This document shows positions 1 to 8,869 of a stretch of DNA of 24,000 nucleotides, piece after piece. The notes under the pieces were generated by a model, which searched no databases, was not told the origin of the DNA, and saw nothing but the letters and a program-made list of their open reading frames with translations. The first letter of the stretch is position 1, and every line of letters begins with the position of its first letter. The DNA is from an uncultured Candidatus Saccharibacteria bacterium (GTDB lineage: Bacteria > Patescibacteriota > WWE3 > UBA101185 > UBA10185): contig CAZBWW010000013.1 in the NCBI GenBank assembly GCA_964496005.1, positions 4,099 to 28,098 on the forward strand, given 5' to 3'. A program made the position numbers and the translations under genes.

Positions 1-1
1 A

Positions 2-1129
2 AATTCCGTCACCGGAAAATATTTAGCGGGGAAAAAAGTTGTGGGAGATGGGGTTGTATTAAACGGAAAAGAAGAGCTGTATCTTGATGTCGAATCACCG
101 GGAAAAATTGCGGAAAAGATTACCGGGAAAAGTTTGACATTAGTTGGTGCAAAAGGAAGAAATTTAAAAAACATTACGGTTGAGTTCCCCCTGGGAAAGT
201 TTATTTGTGTTACAGGTGTTTCGGGTTCCGGAAAATCGACATTGGTAATGGATACTTTATACTCTGCGTTACGGCAGGACTTTGGATTAAAGACCGACCA
301 GAGACCTGAACCATATACCGGCGTTACCGGAATTGACTATTTAGACAAAGTAATTGCAATAGATCAAACACCAATTGGGAGGACTCCTAAATCTAATCCG
401 GCCACATACACAAAAGCATTCGATGGAATACGCGAGCTATTTGCGAAAACACAGGAAGCTAGAATTCGCGGGTATCGCCAAGGACGGTTTAGTTTTAATG
501 TTAAAGGCGGAAGGTGTGAAGCATGTCAGGGGCAGGGGCAAATTAAGATTGAAATGCAGTTTATGCCCGATGTGTACGTAAATTGTGAAGTGTGCGAAGG
601 AAAGAGATATAACCGAGAAGCATTAGAAATAGAATATAAGGGCAAAAATATTTCTGAAGTACTAGATTTGACTATTGAAGAAGCGCTTGCTTTTTTTGAC
701 AATATTCCACAAGTTCGCCGAAAGATCCAGACACTGTACGATGTAGGCCTGGGATATATTAGATTGGGTCAACCGGCCACTACGTTGTCGGGCGGAGAAG
801 CTCAACGCGTAAAGTTGGCGTTGGAGTTATCTAAGGTTGCCAGGGGAAGCTCACTTTATATACTGGATGAGCCCACAACCGGATTACACTTCGAAGATCT
901 CGAAAGGTTAATTAACATTATCAAACGCTTGCAGGCAAAAGGGCACACAATTTTAGTAATTGAGCACAACATAGATATTATTAAGAACGCCGATTGGATA
1001 ATTGATTTAGGCCCCGAAGGCGGTGACGAAGGCGGGAAATTGGTTTTCTCGGGCCCCTTAGAAACTTTACTCCAAAATAAAGAATCGTACACAGCACAAG
1101 CATTGAGACAGCTAGTGCCAAGTATGTAG
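2..1129 (+). CDS. uvrA: Excinuclease ABC subunit UvrA, C-terminal half (5'-truncated by window edge)
   Basis: The frame is open to the window edge ([12 protein letters not shown] precedes the track's GTG at 41). Motifs seen: Walker [10 protein letters not shown]; zinc module [32 protein letters not shown]; ABC signature [12 protein letters not shown]; Walker [13 protein letters not shown]; IEHN H-loop. The C-terminus [11 protein letters not shown] resembles normal UvrA ends. Confidence 0.95.
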   Translation, partial: NSVTGKYLAGKKVVGDGVVLNGKEELYLDVESPGKIAEKITGKSLTLVGAKGRNLKNITVEFPLGKFICVTGVSGSGKSTLVMDTLYSALRQDFGLKTDQRPEPYTGVTGIDYLDKVIAIDQTPIGRTPKSNPATYTKAFDGIRELFAKTQEARIRGYRQGRFSFNVKGGRCEACQGQGQIKIEMQFMPDVYVNCEVCEGKRYNREALEIEYKGKNISEVLDLTIEEALAFFDNIPQVRRKIQTLYDVGLGYIRLGQPATTLSGGEAQRVKLALELSKVARGSSLYILDEPTTGLHFEDLERLINIIKRLQAKGHTILVIEHNIDIIKNADWIIDLGPEGGDEGGKLVFSGPLETLLQNKESYTAQALRQLVPSM

Positions 1130-2948
1130 GTAAAGGACTTTCTATATAAGCATTTTTAATTTCGGGCTCAATCTCGTAATTCTTTCCAGTCGCGTCTTTT
1201 ACATACACAACTGTTTTTTCTTGGGGTACATATACAGCTATATGATTTCCTGGCAAAAGTGGCACATCCCGTTTATTAATTTGTGCGTATACGGTATTGT
1301 CGCTCTCATTTTTTAACGCGAATTTTTGGTGCTTTTTGATGTAGCTCAGCACATTAGTATTTGGTGTGTTGTAAAATGCTAATTTTGGTTCAAAATCTTC
1401 AAGATTTGAATTTTGGGCAAATGTAACGTCCACCTGTTTTTGCTTATCTGAAAATTTATATGCACCGGCAGGTAACGGGAATTGTGGATCAATACCTTTT
1501 ATTACAAATACTAAATGGTTAGTATCAAGTTTTGTGAAATAATCAATGCCCGAAGTGCTTTCCCAGGTTGGATCAACAGGTACCCAGCCAAATTCTTCGT
1601 CGTAAAATTCAGCCCATGAGTGTAGCAAATCACCACCTTTAAGGTTTATCGATAGCGGTTGTGAAGCTCCATTATCATTAGCAATAGCGTATCCGTTAAG
1701 TTCTCTCGCGGGAATGCCCATTGCACGCACAAGTGAAATAAATAAATCAGTGAATTCCATACACCCAATGTTTTCTTTTGAGTCAAGCGCGCTAACTGCT
1801 CCTTTTCGCTCTACAGTTTCGTTATCAAGAATTTCAAAATCATATTCTAAATTTGTAACTACAAAATTGTACGCGCTTTGTGCATTTTGAGCCGCACTTT
1901 TTGCAGGATCGTAAAGTTTCTGGGCTATTTCTTGAATTTTTGGATTAGTAACCTGCCAGTAGTTATTTCCCCTCGTATACTGTGAAATTAGCTTATCTGA
2001 GATTTGGACTTTGCTAAGTCCTAATTCCGGATTTATCTGTTTACCTAAAATTCTTGCCGTTCCCATTAATTTAATAAGCAGTTCTTCATCCCCGCGTAAT
2101 TCGTAGACTGCTATCGTGTTACCATCTACATCTTGCTTTAGCATTGTCGGTTGCGGGTCAAGAGCCGAATACACAACCTGCTGGACATCTGGAATATCCG
2201 GTGGGAGAGCTATTTCCCGGGTTTGTGTAAAATGGGTGTCGTTTTTTAGGTGATAGTCGAGCATAAAGTTTAAAACCTGAAAACTGCCAAAAGACGCAGT
2301 AATACCGGTTTTGGCTAATGTTTCCTTGTCAAATCCGTAAGTTACAGCTGTTGAGCTTTCTTCGCGTATTGGCGGTTCCGGTGACACAAAAATTTCCGGT
2401 CCGTACTCAAGTGGTACATGTATTTTTGCGTTGTAAGCTTCGGTTGTGTCCAATAAATTTACACGCGGGATGTTAACATTCCATACCTCACCAACTTTGG
2501 ATGCAATATCCTTAGTTTTGTAGTTTATTGTGAAGTTATTTTCCTTACCCTCACCTATAATTGTGTCTTCAAACTCAACAGCTATTGTAGTTTTATCACC
2601 TTCTTCGACAACTGTTGTTTCCAGCTTGTCGCCTTTTTCTGAAACTGCCGATACATCATAAATAACCATGTGTCTAACTGTTAACGCGTAGTTAGTAGCA
2701 ATAACATCTCTTTGTTTATTTACTATTTGAATGTCTTGGTCTACTTGAGCCTCACCGTTTTGTGCAAGTGTATATTGCACGGTGTAGTTTGTGGCAAACT
2801 GTTCATGAGACGGGGGTTGGTCCTGCTGTGCGTGTGCTTGGTTTAGGGCTAAAAATGCCAAAAAAATGACGATCCCGGACACGGACTGTTTGCTTATAGC
2901 TTTGGCGCTGTGTAGCTTGTTATGCAGTTTACTTTGTACAGTAGGCAC
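981..2948 (-). CDS. Secreted, C-terminally membrane-anchored transglutaminase-like (Cys-His-Asp core) protein
   Basis: GTG start (cac at 2946-2948). Signal peptide [17 protein letters not shown]. Transglutaminase-core context: GC(396)[25 protein letters not shown](443)SWAEFY, GWVPVD(459)PT. C-terminal TM helix [22 protein letters not shown] followed by a basic tail. The long N-terminal beta-rich region has no family I can name. Confidence 0.85.
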   Translation of the reverse strand: MPTVQSKLHNKLHSAKAISKQSVSGIVIFLAFLALNQAHAQQDQPPSHEQFATNYTVQYTLAQNGEAQVDQDIQIVNKQRDVIATNYALTVRHMVIYDVSAVSEKGDKLETTVVEEGDKTTIAVEFEDTIIGEGKENNFTINYKTKDIASKVGEVWNVNIPRVNLLDTTEAYNAKIHVPLEYGPEIFVSPEPPIREESSTAVTYGFDKETLAKTGITASFGSFQVLNFMLDYHLKNDTHFTQTREIALPPDIPDVQQVVYSALDPQPTMLKQDVDGNTIAVYELRGDEELLIKLMGTARILGKQINPELGLSKVQISDKLISQYTRGNNYWQVTNPKIQEIAQKLYDPAKSAAQNAQSAYNFVVTNLEYDFEILDNETVERKGAVSALDSKENIGCMEFTDLFISLVRAMGIPARELNGYAIANDNGASQPLSINLKGGDLLHSWAEFYDEEFGWVPVDPTWESTSGIDYFTKLDTNHLVFVIKGIDPQFPLPAGAYKFSDKQKQVDVTFAQNSNLEDFEPKLAFYNTPNTNVLSYIKKHQKFALKNESDNTVYAQINKRDVPLLPGNHIAVYVPQEKTVVYVKDATGKNYEIEPEIKNAYIESPLPTYLALAVSMLVLCTILYFGVKFLRGPRKPISRLRHRLRGLNQLSNRRS

Positions 2949-2954
2949 ATGTAA

Positions 2955-2963
2955 ATTCTAACA
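2955..2963 (-). promoter_or_regulatory. Extended -10-like element TGtTAGAAT, 6 nt upstream of the transglutaminase-like GTG start
   Basis: The reverse complement of 2955-2963 reads TGTTAGAAT. A 6-nt spacer (ttacat) separates it from the GTG at 2948. No SD-like purine tract lies between them. Confidence 0.3.
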
Positions 2964-3009
2964 AATTTTGTCTTATTGCGAATAAACCGACCAAATTTGT
3001 TCCGTACTG

Positions 3010-3015
3010 TAAAAT
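3010..3015 (+). promoter_or_regulatory. -10-like hexamer TAAAAT, 6 nt upstream of the uvrC GTG start
   Basis: TAAAAT at 3010-3015 is preceded directly by TG (3008-3009). The spacer agacct is followed by GTG at 3022. No SD is present. Confidence 0.25.
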
Positions 3016-3021
3016 AGACCT

Positions 3022-4422
3022 GTGAATCACACACAACTGCAAAAAACAGAAAAACTAAAAAAAGAAAAGCCAGAAAACCTGGAAAAGCAAAGTCCTTTAC
3101 AAACAAAGGTTGCAAACCTGCCACATACGCCGGGTGTATATAAATTCAAAAATAGTGCTAACAAAATACTGTACGTCGGTAAAGCAAAAAACTTGAAAAG
3201 TAGGGTAGGGTCGTATTTTGTCAAAAATCTCGATCCAGCGTCAAAAACTGCAGTATTGGTAACACAGATTACTGACGTGGAATATGTTGAGACCTTTTCG
3301 GAATTGGAAGCGCTAATTTTAGAGGCTGAGCTCATAAAAAAGCACAAGCCCAAATATAACATTGCACTCAAAGACGATAAATCATATTTGTATATAGTTA
3401 TCAGGCCTGAAAAAGTTGAGTTGAACGGAAAAAAAGTAAATTTGCCAAAAGTGCTGGCAGTACGAGAACCTGACTTGCAAGAAACTGACGCAACTTTTGG
3501 TCCGTATCCGGATTCAGGTACTACAAAGCACGTTGTGCGTACAATACGCAAAGTTTTTCCATATCGTGATTGCTCCAATGCAAAATTCACCAAATATAAA
3601 AAACAGGGACAGCCGTGTTTATATGGGCACATAGGGCTGTGCCAGGCACCGTGTACCGGAAAAATTACACCAGAACACTATAAAAACGACATAAAAAGAA
3701 TAAAAAATATGTTAGCGGGTGAAAGTGTACGCTTATTATCCTCGCTTGAACGGGAAATGAAAACTGCTGCTAAACAACAGCAGTATGAAAGGGCAGCACA
3801 GCTAAGAGATACTCTCCGTAAATTTGAATATGTTCGTACCAGATCAACAACAGCACAAAAATATATTGATAATCCGTATTTAGTGCAGGATTTACGGGAA
3901 AAAGCATTAAATGATTTGGTAAAAGCTATTCCCTCTTTAAACACAATGCCCTTACGCATCGAAACTTATGATATTTCCAATATTTCCGGGAAAGATGCAG
4001 TCGGCTCAATGGTAGTTGCAATAAATGGTGAAGTACAAAAATCAGAATATAAGCGGTTTAAAATTAAAACAAAAGCCGAACCTGATGATTTTGCAATGTT
4101 GACAGAAGTACTTGTCCGCCGCCTAAAAAATGACTGGGAGTTGCCAGACCTGCTAGTTGTTGATGGCGGTAAGGGGCAGGTGTCCGCTGCAATAGACGCT
4201 CTAAACCAGCTGAATATGCAGTTACCCGTTATTGGGCTCGCAAAGAAATTTGAAACTATTGTATATGTTGCTGATACTCCAACAGGTCAGTATGAATTTA
4301 AGGAATTAGTATTAACGCGTGATAACAATGGGTTAATGTTGCTTCAGCGCTTGCGTGATGAAGCACATAGATTTGCGCAGAGTTACCACCATAAGTTAAG
4401 ATTAAAACAACTCACTGAGTAG
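3022..4422 (+). CDS. uvrC: Excinuclease ABC subunit UvrC, short form lacking the C-terminal (HhH)2 domain
   Basis: GIY-YIG motif (PGVYKFKN..ILYVGKAKNLKSRVGSYF). Cys-rich segment CSNAKF..CLYGHIGLCQAPC. UVR domain (QQQYERAAQLRDTLRKFEYV). RNase H-like endonuclease domain (IETYDISNISG, VVDGGKGQV, RDEAHRFAQSYH). The ORF stops about 15 aa after DEAHRFA, giving 466 aa. Confidence 0.9.
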   Translation: MNHTQLQKTEKLKKEKPENLEKQSPLQTKVANLPHTPGVYKFKNSANKILYVGKAKNLKSRVGSYFVKNLDPASKTAVLVTQITDVEYVETFSELEALILEAELIKKHKPKYNIALKDDKSYLYIVIRPEKVELNGKKVNLPKVLAVREPDLQETDATFGPYPDSGTTKHVVRTIRKVFPYRDCSNAKFTKYKKQGQPCLYGHIGLCQAPCTGKITPEHYKNDIKRIKNMLAGESVRLLSSLEREMKTAAKQQQYERAAQLRDTLRKFEYVRTRSTTAQKYIDNPYLVQDLREKALNDLVKAIPSLNTMPLRIETYDISNISGKDAVGSMVVAINGEVQKSEYKRFKIKTKAEPDDFAMLTEVLVRRLKNDWELPDLLVVDGGKGQVSAAIDALNQLNMQLPVIGLAKKFETIVYVADTPTGQYEFKELVLTRDNNGLMLLQRLRDEAHRFAQSYHHKLRLKQLTE

Positions 4423-4456
4423 CCGTTTTTTTAGGTGAGGTGGTTAGTTATAAATT

Positions 4457-4870
4457 ATGAAGGCTATTTTAAGAATTTTCACATTTTGCGGTATTGCGTT
4501 GTATGTAACCCAGTACATTATAAACGGCTTCGAAATAACTGGAGAAACTAACATCACAATATTTTTGGTGCTTACAGCTATCGCACTGCTTTATTTGTTT
4601 GCGCCTCTTATTTTTAAGTTAATTTCACTGCCGTCTGAAGGCTTAGGATCTGCTTTTTTATTACTTGTTCTGACAACGGCGGTATTTTTTGTACTTGCTA
4701 CCCTTCTTCCAACGTTCTCAGTAATCCCGACAGCTATGCCGGAGTTGCTAATTTTTGGGGTTGTGCTACCATCTAAAAACTTAAGTGCTACCGAGTCACT
4801 GTTATTTTCTGCTCTAGTATTTGTTTTAATCGTAAATTTTTTAAGGTGGCTCTGTGTCAGTAAGAATTAA
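4457..4870 (+). CDS. Small integral membrane protein with about 4 TM helices; family uncertain (layout reminiscent of YvlD/PF04020-type 4-TM proteins)
   Basis: Four hydrophobic segments. SD-like GGTGAGGTGG at 4434-4443. An in-frame stop at 4451-4453 fixes the ATG. The family suggestion rests only on overall layout. Confidence 0.6.
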   Translation: MKAILRIFTFCGIALYVTQYIINGFEITGETNITIFLVLTAIALLYLFAPLIFKLISLPSEGLGSAFLLLVLTTAVFFVLATLLPTFSVIPTAMPELLIFGVVLPSKNLSATESLLFSALVFVLIVNFLRWLCVSKN

Positions 4871-4873
4871 AGT

Positions 4874-5098
4874 ATGACCGCATTAGTTGGCGCACAAATT
4901 ATTCAAATAATTATCTCAGTTTTTTTAGTGCTTTTGGTTTTAATTCAGGGTAAAGGTGGTGGTTTGTCCAGTTCTGTAGGTGGTTCCATGACTTCATATA
5001 GATCACGCAGAGGCGTAGAACGCGTAGTTTTTTTGCTGACAATAATAATGGGAATCGCACTGGTCGTTAATTCCATTGTTATTATTGCACTAAGCTAA
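4874..5098 (+). CDS. secG: Preprotein translocase subunit SecG
   Basis: 74 aa with two TM helices flanking the glycine-rich loop LIQGKGGGLSSSVGG that is typical of SecG. Its stop abuts the murA ATG. Confidence 0.8.
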   Translation: MTALVGAQIIQIIISVFLVLLVLIQGKGGGLSSSVGGSMTSYRSRRGVERVVFLLTIIMGIALVVNSIVIIALS

Positions 5099-6427
5099 AT
5101 GACAAAAATTGAAATTAAGGGCGGTATTCCGCTTTCAGGTACGGTTAAAACTGCAGGAGCAAAAAATTCTATATTAAAACTTATTCATGCCGCAATGTTT
5201 AGTAACGAGGATGTAGTGCTGGAAAATGTACCGAGAATAAAAAATGTTGAAGTAGATCTGGAAATTATTGAGGCACTTGGCGGGACTTATGAATGGTTGG
5301 CAGGCGAAAAACTGAGACTTAACGGCTCAGGTATTTCCTCTTACGAAATTCCGCAGGAGCTTGGTGCAAAGTATCGGACAGCCGCATTACTTGCAGCCCC
5401 ATTAGTTTATAGATTTGGAAAAGCTGTTGTTCCGCTTCCGGGCGGGTGCAAAATTGGGTCAAGGCCAATTAACAGATGGATAGAAACCTGGCAGTTGCTT
5501 GGGTATAACGTAAAAGAAGCCGAAAAATTTGTGTATTTGGAAGCTAAAACTATTTCTGGCGGGAATATAAATTTTAAAGTAAATACACATATGGGCACGG
5601 ACAACGCAATCTTATCTGCATTATGCGGGCGTGATGAAACAATAATAAAAAATGCTGCGCAAGAACCCGAAGTAGATGATTTGATTAAATTTTGTAATTT
5701 ACTGGGTGGAGAAGTTGTGAGGGAAGAGCCCGGTGTTATTAGAGTTACGGGTAAAAATGTGTTTACAGGTGGTACATTTAAAGTAATGCCCGATCGAAAC
5801 GAAGTTGTTACTTATGCTGTGGCAGCACTTGTTACCGGCGGTAATATAAACATTCAAGGAGTAAATAAATCGGATTTACTTGCGTTTACTAGTGTATTAA
5901 CAAATATGGGCGCCAAGTTTGAGTTTTCAGGTGATGAAATGCGCGTTTGGCATACAAGTGAGTTTTTTAAACCTACTAACATAACTACAGCACCGGCGCC
6001 TGGTTTCATGACCGATTGGCAGCCGCTGATTACACTTCTCCTTACACAAGCTGACGGTGAGAGTTTAGTACACGAGACTGTGTACACTGATAGATTTGGA
6101 TATGTTCGGGAGCTAAACGGTTTGGGGGCAAAAATTAATATTGTTAAACCGTCTGAGGTTGGGTTGGAAATGGCGGTAAGTGAAGATTCATACGATGTAA
6201 AAACTATGGGTGAGCCAAGTACCGTTGCGCAGATTCACGGGCCGACTAAATTAAGGGCAGGTAGAATGCAAATTCCTGATTTAAGAGCCGGTGCAACACT
6301 TGTATTAGCCGGACTGGCTGCTGAAGGAAAAAGCGAATTGTTTGGGTATGAGCATGTAGATCGCGGCTACGAAAATTTTGTTGGAAAACTAACAGACCTT
6401 GGAGCTCACATTACTATTTTGGATTAA
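5099..6427 (+). CDS. murA: UDP-N-acetylglucosamine 1-carboxyvinyltransferase MurA
   Basis: Full-length MurA pattern: GTVKTAGAKNSILKLIHAAM; active-site loop LPGGCKIGSRPINRWIE with the catalytic Cys retained; C-terminal DRGYENFVGKL. Confidence 0.95.
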   Translation: MTKIEIKGGIPLSGTVKTAGAKNSILKLIHAAMFSNEDVVLENVPRIKNVEVDLEIIEALGGTYEWLAGEKLRLNGSGISSYEIPQELGAKYRTAALLAAPLVYRFGKAVVPLPGGCKIGSRPINRWIETWQLLGYNVKEAEKFVYLEAKTISGGNINFKVNTHMGTDNAILSALCGRDETIIKNAAQEPEVDDLIKFCNLLGGEVVREEPGVIRVTGKNVFTGGTFKVMPDRNEVVTYAVAALVTGGNINIQGVNKSDLLAFTSVLTNMGAKFEFSGDEMRVWHTSEFFKPTNITTAPAPGFMTDWQPLITLLLTQADGESLVHETVYTDRFGYVRELNGLGAKINIVKPSEVGLEMAVSEDSYDVKTMGEPSTVAQIHGPTKLRAGRMQIPDLRAGATLVLAGLAAEGKSELFGYEHVDRGYENFVGKLTDLGAHITILD

Positions 6428-6436
6428 GCGCATTTT

Positions 6437-7735
6437 ATGGACAATACTTCAAACACACTTACTTTTCTGTCAGACTTAGCAACTGTTCCAAATGTGCCGT
6501 TTTTACCTAAACCACGGATTAATTATTTAACCGAGTTATTTTCACGACATAAGATAACGTATACCCAAAACGCATATTCAATAATAGTTGAAAGTAACAG
6601 CACGCCCGGGGCTTCCAAACTGGTATTTATGACGCATTTGGATCATCCGGGGATAGCATTAAGAACTGCAACACGCGGAAAGTTTTTTGGATCAGCGGGT
6701 TTTGTGACAATCGGTACCGAAAGGCTACATGAATTTTTAAAAGACAAACCGGCTCCACTTGCAATTTTTGATACAGAAGGTAACTTTGCCGGTAAAGGAA
6801 AATTAGTTGGTGTAAGTACTGATGCCAGACAAGATGTGCAAATCGAAACCAGCGTTGAGGTAAAACCAAATTATATGGCTCAATGGGAAATGCCGTGGTA
6901 TGAAGAAAAAGCTGATCATGTATATGTATATAGCGCGGACAACGACGTGCCTACTGCGGCAATGTTATCGCTCATACTAAATCCGCAGCATAGTAGTGAT
7001 TGGCATATTGTATATGTGTTTAATTTTTTTGAGGAAGCACACCAGATTAGTTCGTATCAATTGGCAAAACAAAATATGCTTGGACTTACTGCCAAAGATT
7101 TTGTTGTAAATCTGGAGTGTAAAGAAATTTTTATAGGTGAGCGGGAGATTGTTAACGGGGTTGTGCTTCAGCTTGGAGAGTCCGGATGTGTTTATGGGTA
7201 TAAATTTACAGAACCCAATCTAGCAGAGCTTGCGTTTGAGACAATTGCGGCAGAGCAAAAAATAAAGTTAATAACCGGAATTACAAAAGGGTCATGCGAT
7301 GCGCGGTCTTTTTCTAACTTTAAATTAACGCCAAATATTGTGACTCTCGCTGTGCCTAACAAGTTTAAACACAATACCGGTGAAAATAATGAAATAGTGC
7401 AGGAAAAAATTGCCAAACAAGATATTACAGATCTCGAGCAGTTAATGCGGGCAATTGTGCACACAAAACCTGGTGAGGTAAGTAAAAACGGCACAGACAA
7501 AAAAGGGCAGGCATTTGAATATAAGCGCGCTGCTGAAACACCTTCAAATAGTACCAATAAAACACTCATGAAACACAAAAAAGTACTGAATAATCGCTTG
7601 GCACTTGCATATAAAAGGGTTATTAAAGAACAGAAGCCGTATCCGGACAATTTTCGTAGCACCATACTGGATGGAATTTATAAGGCACTATCTTATGCCA
7701 GGTACATATTTGATATACTTACACTAAATGCATGA
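6437..7735 (+). CDS. M42/M28-fold dinuclear metallopeptidase-like protein with a ~90-aa basic C-terminal extension
   Basis: The ordered motif series matches the M42 pattern. FMTH(67)LDH aligns with AHMDEIG. YSADND(170)VPTAAML aligns with KALDDRAG. FNFFE(199)E(200)A aligns with the QEEVG Glu-Glu. GSCDARSF aligns with GGTDAG. VPNKFKH(312)NTGE aligns with PxRYxHSxxE. It overlaps mraY by 8 nt (ATG 7728, TGA 7733-7735). Confidence 0.6.
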   Translation: MDNTSNTLTFLSDLATVPNVPFLPKPRINYLTELFSRHKITYTQNAYSIIVESNSTPGASKLVFMTHLDHPGIALRTATRGKFFGSAGFVTIGTERLHEFLKDKPAPLAIFDTEGNFAGKGKLVGVSTDARQDVQIETSVEVKPNYMAQWEMPWYEEKADHVYVYSADNDVPTAAMLSLILNPQHSSDWHIVYVFNFFEEAHQISSYQLAKQNMLGLTAKDFVVNLECKEIFIGEREIVNGVVLQLGESGCVYGYKFTEPNLAELAFETIAAEQKIKLITGITKGSCDARSFSNFKLTPNIVTLAVPNKFKHNTGENNEIVQEKIAKQDITDLEQLMRAIVHTKPGEVSKNGTDKKGQAFEYKRAAETPSNSTNKTLMKHKKVLNNRLALAYKRVIKEQKPYPDNFRSTILDGIYKALSYARYIFDILTLNA

Positions 7736-8804
7736 ACAACTACTTTTACTTTTAGTCACAGCTCTTATCACGTTTTGTATTTATCCAATTTGGATTAGTT
7801 TTGTATATAAATACCAAATGGGTGAGGAGATTCGCGGAGACGGACCACAGACTCATGCAAAAAAGCAAGGAACGCCGACAATGGGTGGGTTAGTGTTTAT
7901 TTTAACTGTAGCGATAGTAACCCTTATTTTTAACCGCTCCAGAACCCAAACGCTTTTTCCGATTTTTGTTGCGTCGTTGGCAGGGCTATTTGGGCTGCTC
8001 GAAGATTTTTTAAAAGTGTACAGCAGGTCTGCTTTACCTCGAGTGTTTGAGTTAACCGGTAGGGGTGGTACTGCTTCGCGTACAGGAATTGTAAAAATTA
8101 TTATGTGGCCGTGGGACAAATTTAGACGGGTTGCGGACACTTTCGGCAGTTCACCGGGAACGGGGCTGAGCTCTTCCCTGAAACTTTTTTTGCAGGTTTT
8201 TCTTGCAGGGTTTGTGGCGTACTGGGTATATGTAAAATTGGGATGGGATTATATTTGGCTGCCTTTAATCGGGGATGTACATATCGGAGTCGGATATCCT
8301 ATTTTTATCTTTTTTCTGTTTTTAGTAGTATTAAACTTTGTTGCCTTCACTGACGGTATTGACGGGTTAGCCGGCGGTTTGAGCGCCATTGCCTTTACCG
8401 CGTTTTGGGTAATAGCAGTAATTTTGTTTTACAATTCTTTAGGGGCGTTGGCAGCGACGTTTGTTGGTGCAATTATTCCATTTTTATACTTCAATATTCA
8501 TCCGGCGAGAATTTTTATGGGTGATGTAGGTTCACATGTGCTGGGCGCTTCACTTGTTGTTTTTGCGATTGTGCTCCACAGGGAAGTGGCTATGCTCATT
8601 ATCTTAGCAGTTTTCCTAATCGATGGTTTATCTAGCCCATTACAGCAACTTTCCGTAAAGCTGACAAAAAAGAGGTTATTTAGAATGGCGCCCCTGCATC
8701 ATCATTTTGAGCTGTTAGGTTGGCCAGAATCTAAAGTAACCGAACGGTTTTGGCTTTTTGGAGTTATGTGTGCATTTGTTGGTGTTTTTGTCGCACTTTT
8801 ATAA
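7728..8804 (+). CDS. mraY: Phospho-N-acetylmuramoyl-pentapeptide transferase MraY
   Basis: Motifs KKQGTPTMGG, NFVAFTDGIDGLAGG, FMGDVGSHVLGA, MAPLHHHFEL. It carries an extra cytoplasmic-loop segment and ED in place of the usual DD (see findings). Confidence 0.95.
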   Translation: MHEQLLLLLVTALITFCIYPIWISFVYKYQMGEEIRGDGPQTHAKKQGTPTMGGLVFILTVAIVTLIFNRSRTQTLFPIFVASLAGLFGLLEDFLKVYSRSALPRVFELTGRGGTASRTGIVKIIMWPWDKFRRVADTFGSSPGTGLSSSLKLFLQVFLAGFVAYWVYVKLGWDYIWLPLIGDVHIGVGYPIFIFFLFLVVLNFVAFTDGIDGLAGGLSAIAFTAFWVIAVILFYNSLGALAATFVGAIIPFLYFNIHPARIFMGDVGSHVLGASLVVFAIVLHREVAMLIILAVFLIDGLSSPLQQLSVKLTKKRLFRMAPLHHHFELLGWPESKVTERFWLFGVMCAFVGVFVALL

Positions 8805-8814
8805 AGGTGCCATT

Positions 8815-8869
8815 CTTAAGAGTTAATTAGCAACTTAAGAGTTAGGTAGTAAACTTAGTAAGATAAGTT
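8815..8869. repeat. Tandem 19-bp direct repeats (two near-identical units plus one degenerate unit) in the mraY-ftsW spacer
   Basis: Unit 1 is CTTAAGAGTTAattagcaa (8815-8833). Unit 2 is CTTAAGAGTTAggtagtaa (8834-8852). The 11-nt cores are identical and the units match at 16 of 19 positions. A degenerate third unit CTTAGTAAGATAAGTT lies at 8854-8869. Confidence 0.8.

Noticed and set aside
3027-3632. 201-aa minus-strand ORF antisense to uvrC. The same applies to 7192-7665 (antisense to the M42-like gene), 7853-8140 and 14889-15218, and to the other sub-110-aa track ORFs nested in or overlapping the called genes.
   Set aside because: Each overlaps a well-supported gene, either antisense or in another frame. 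None shows recognisable motifs or a plausible start context.
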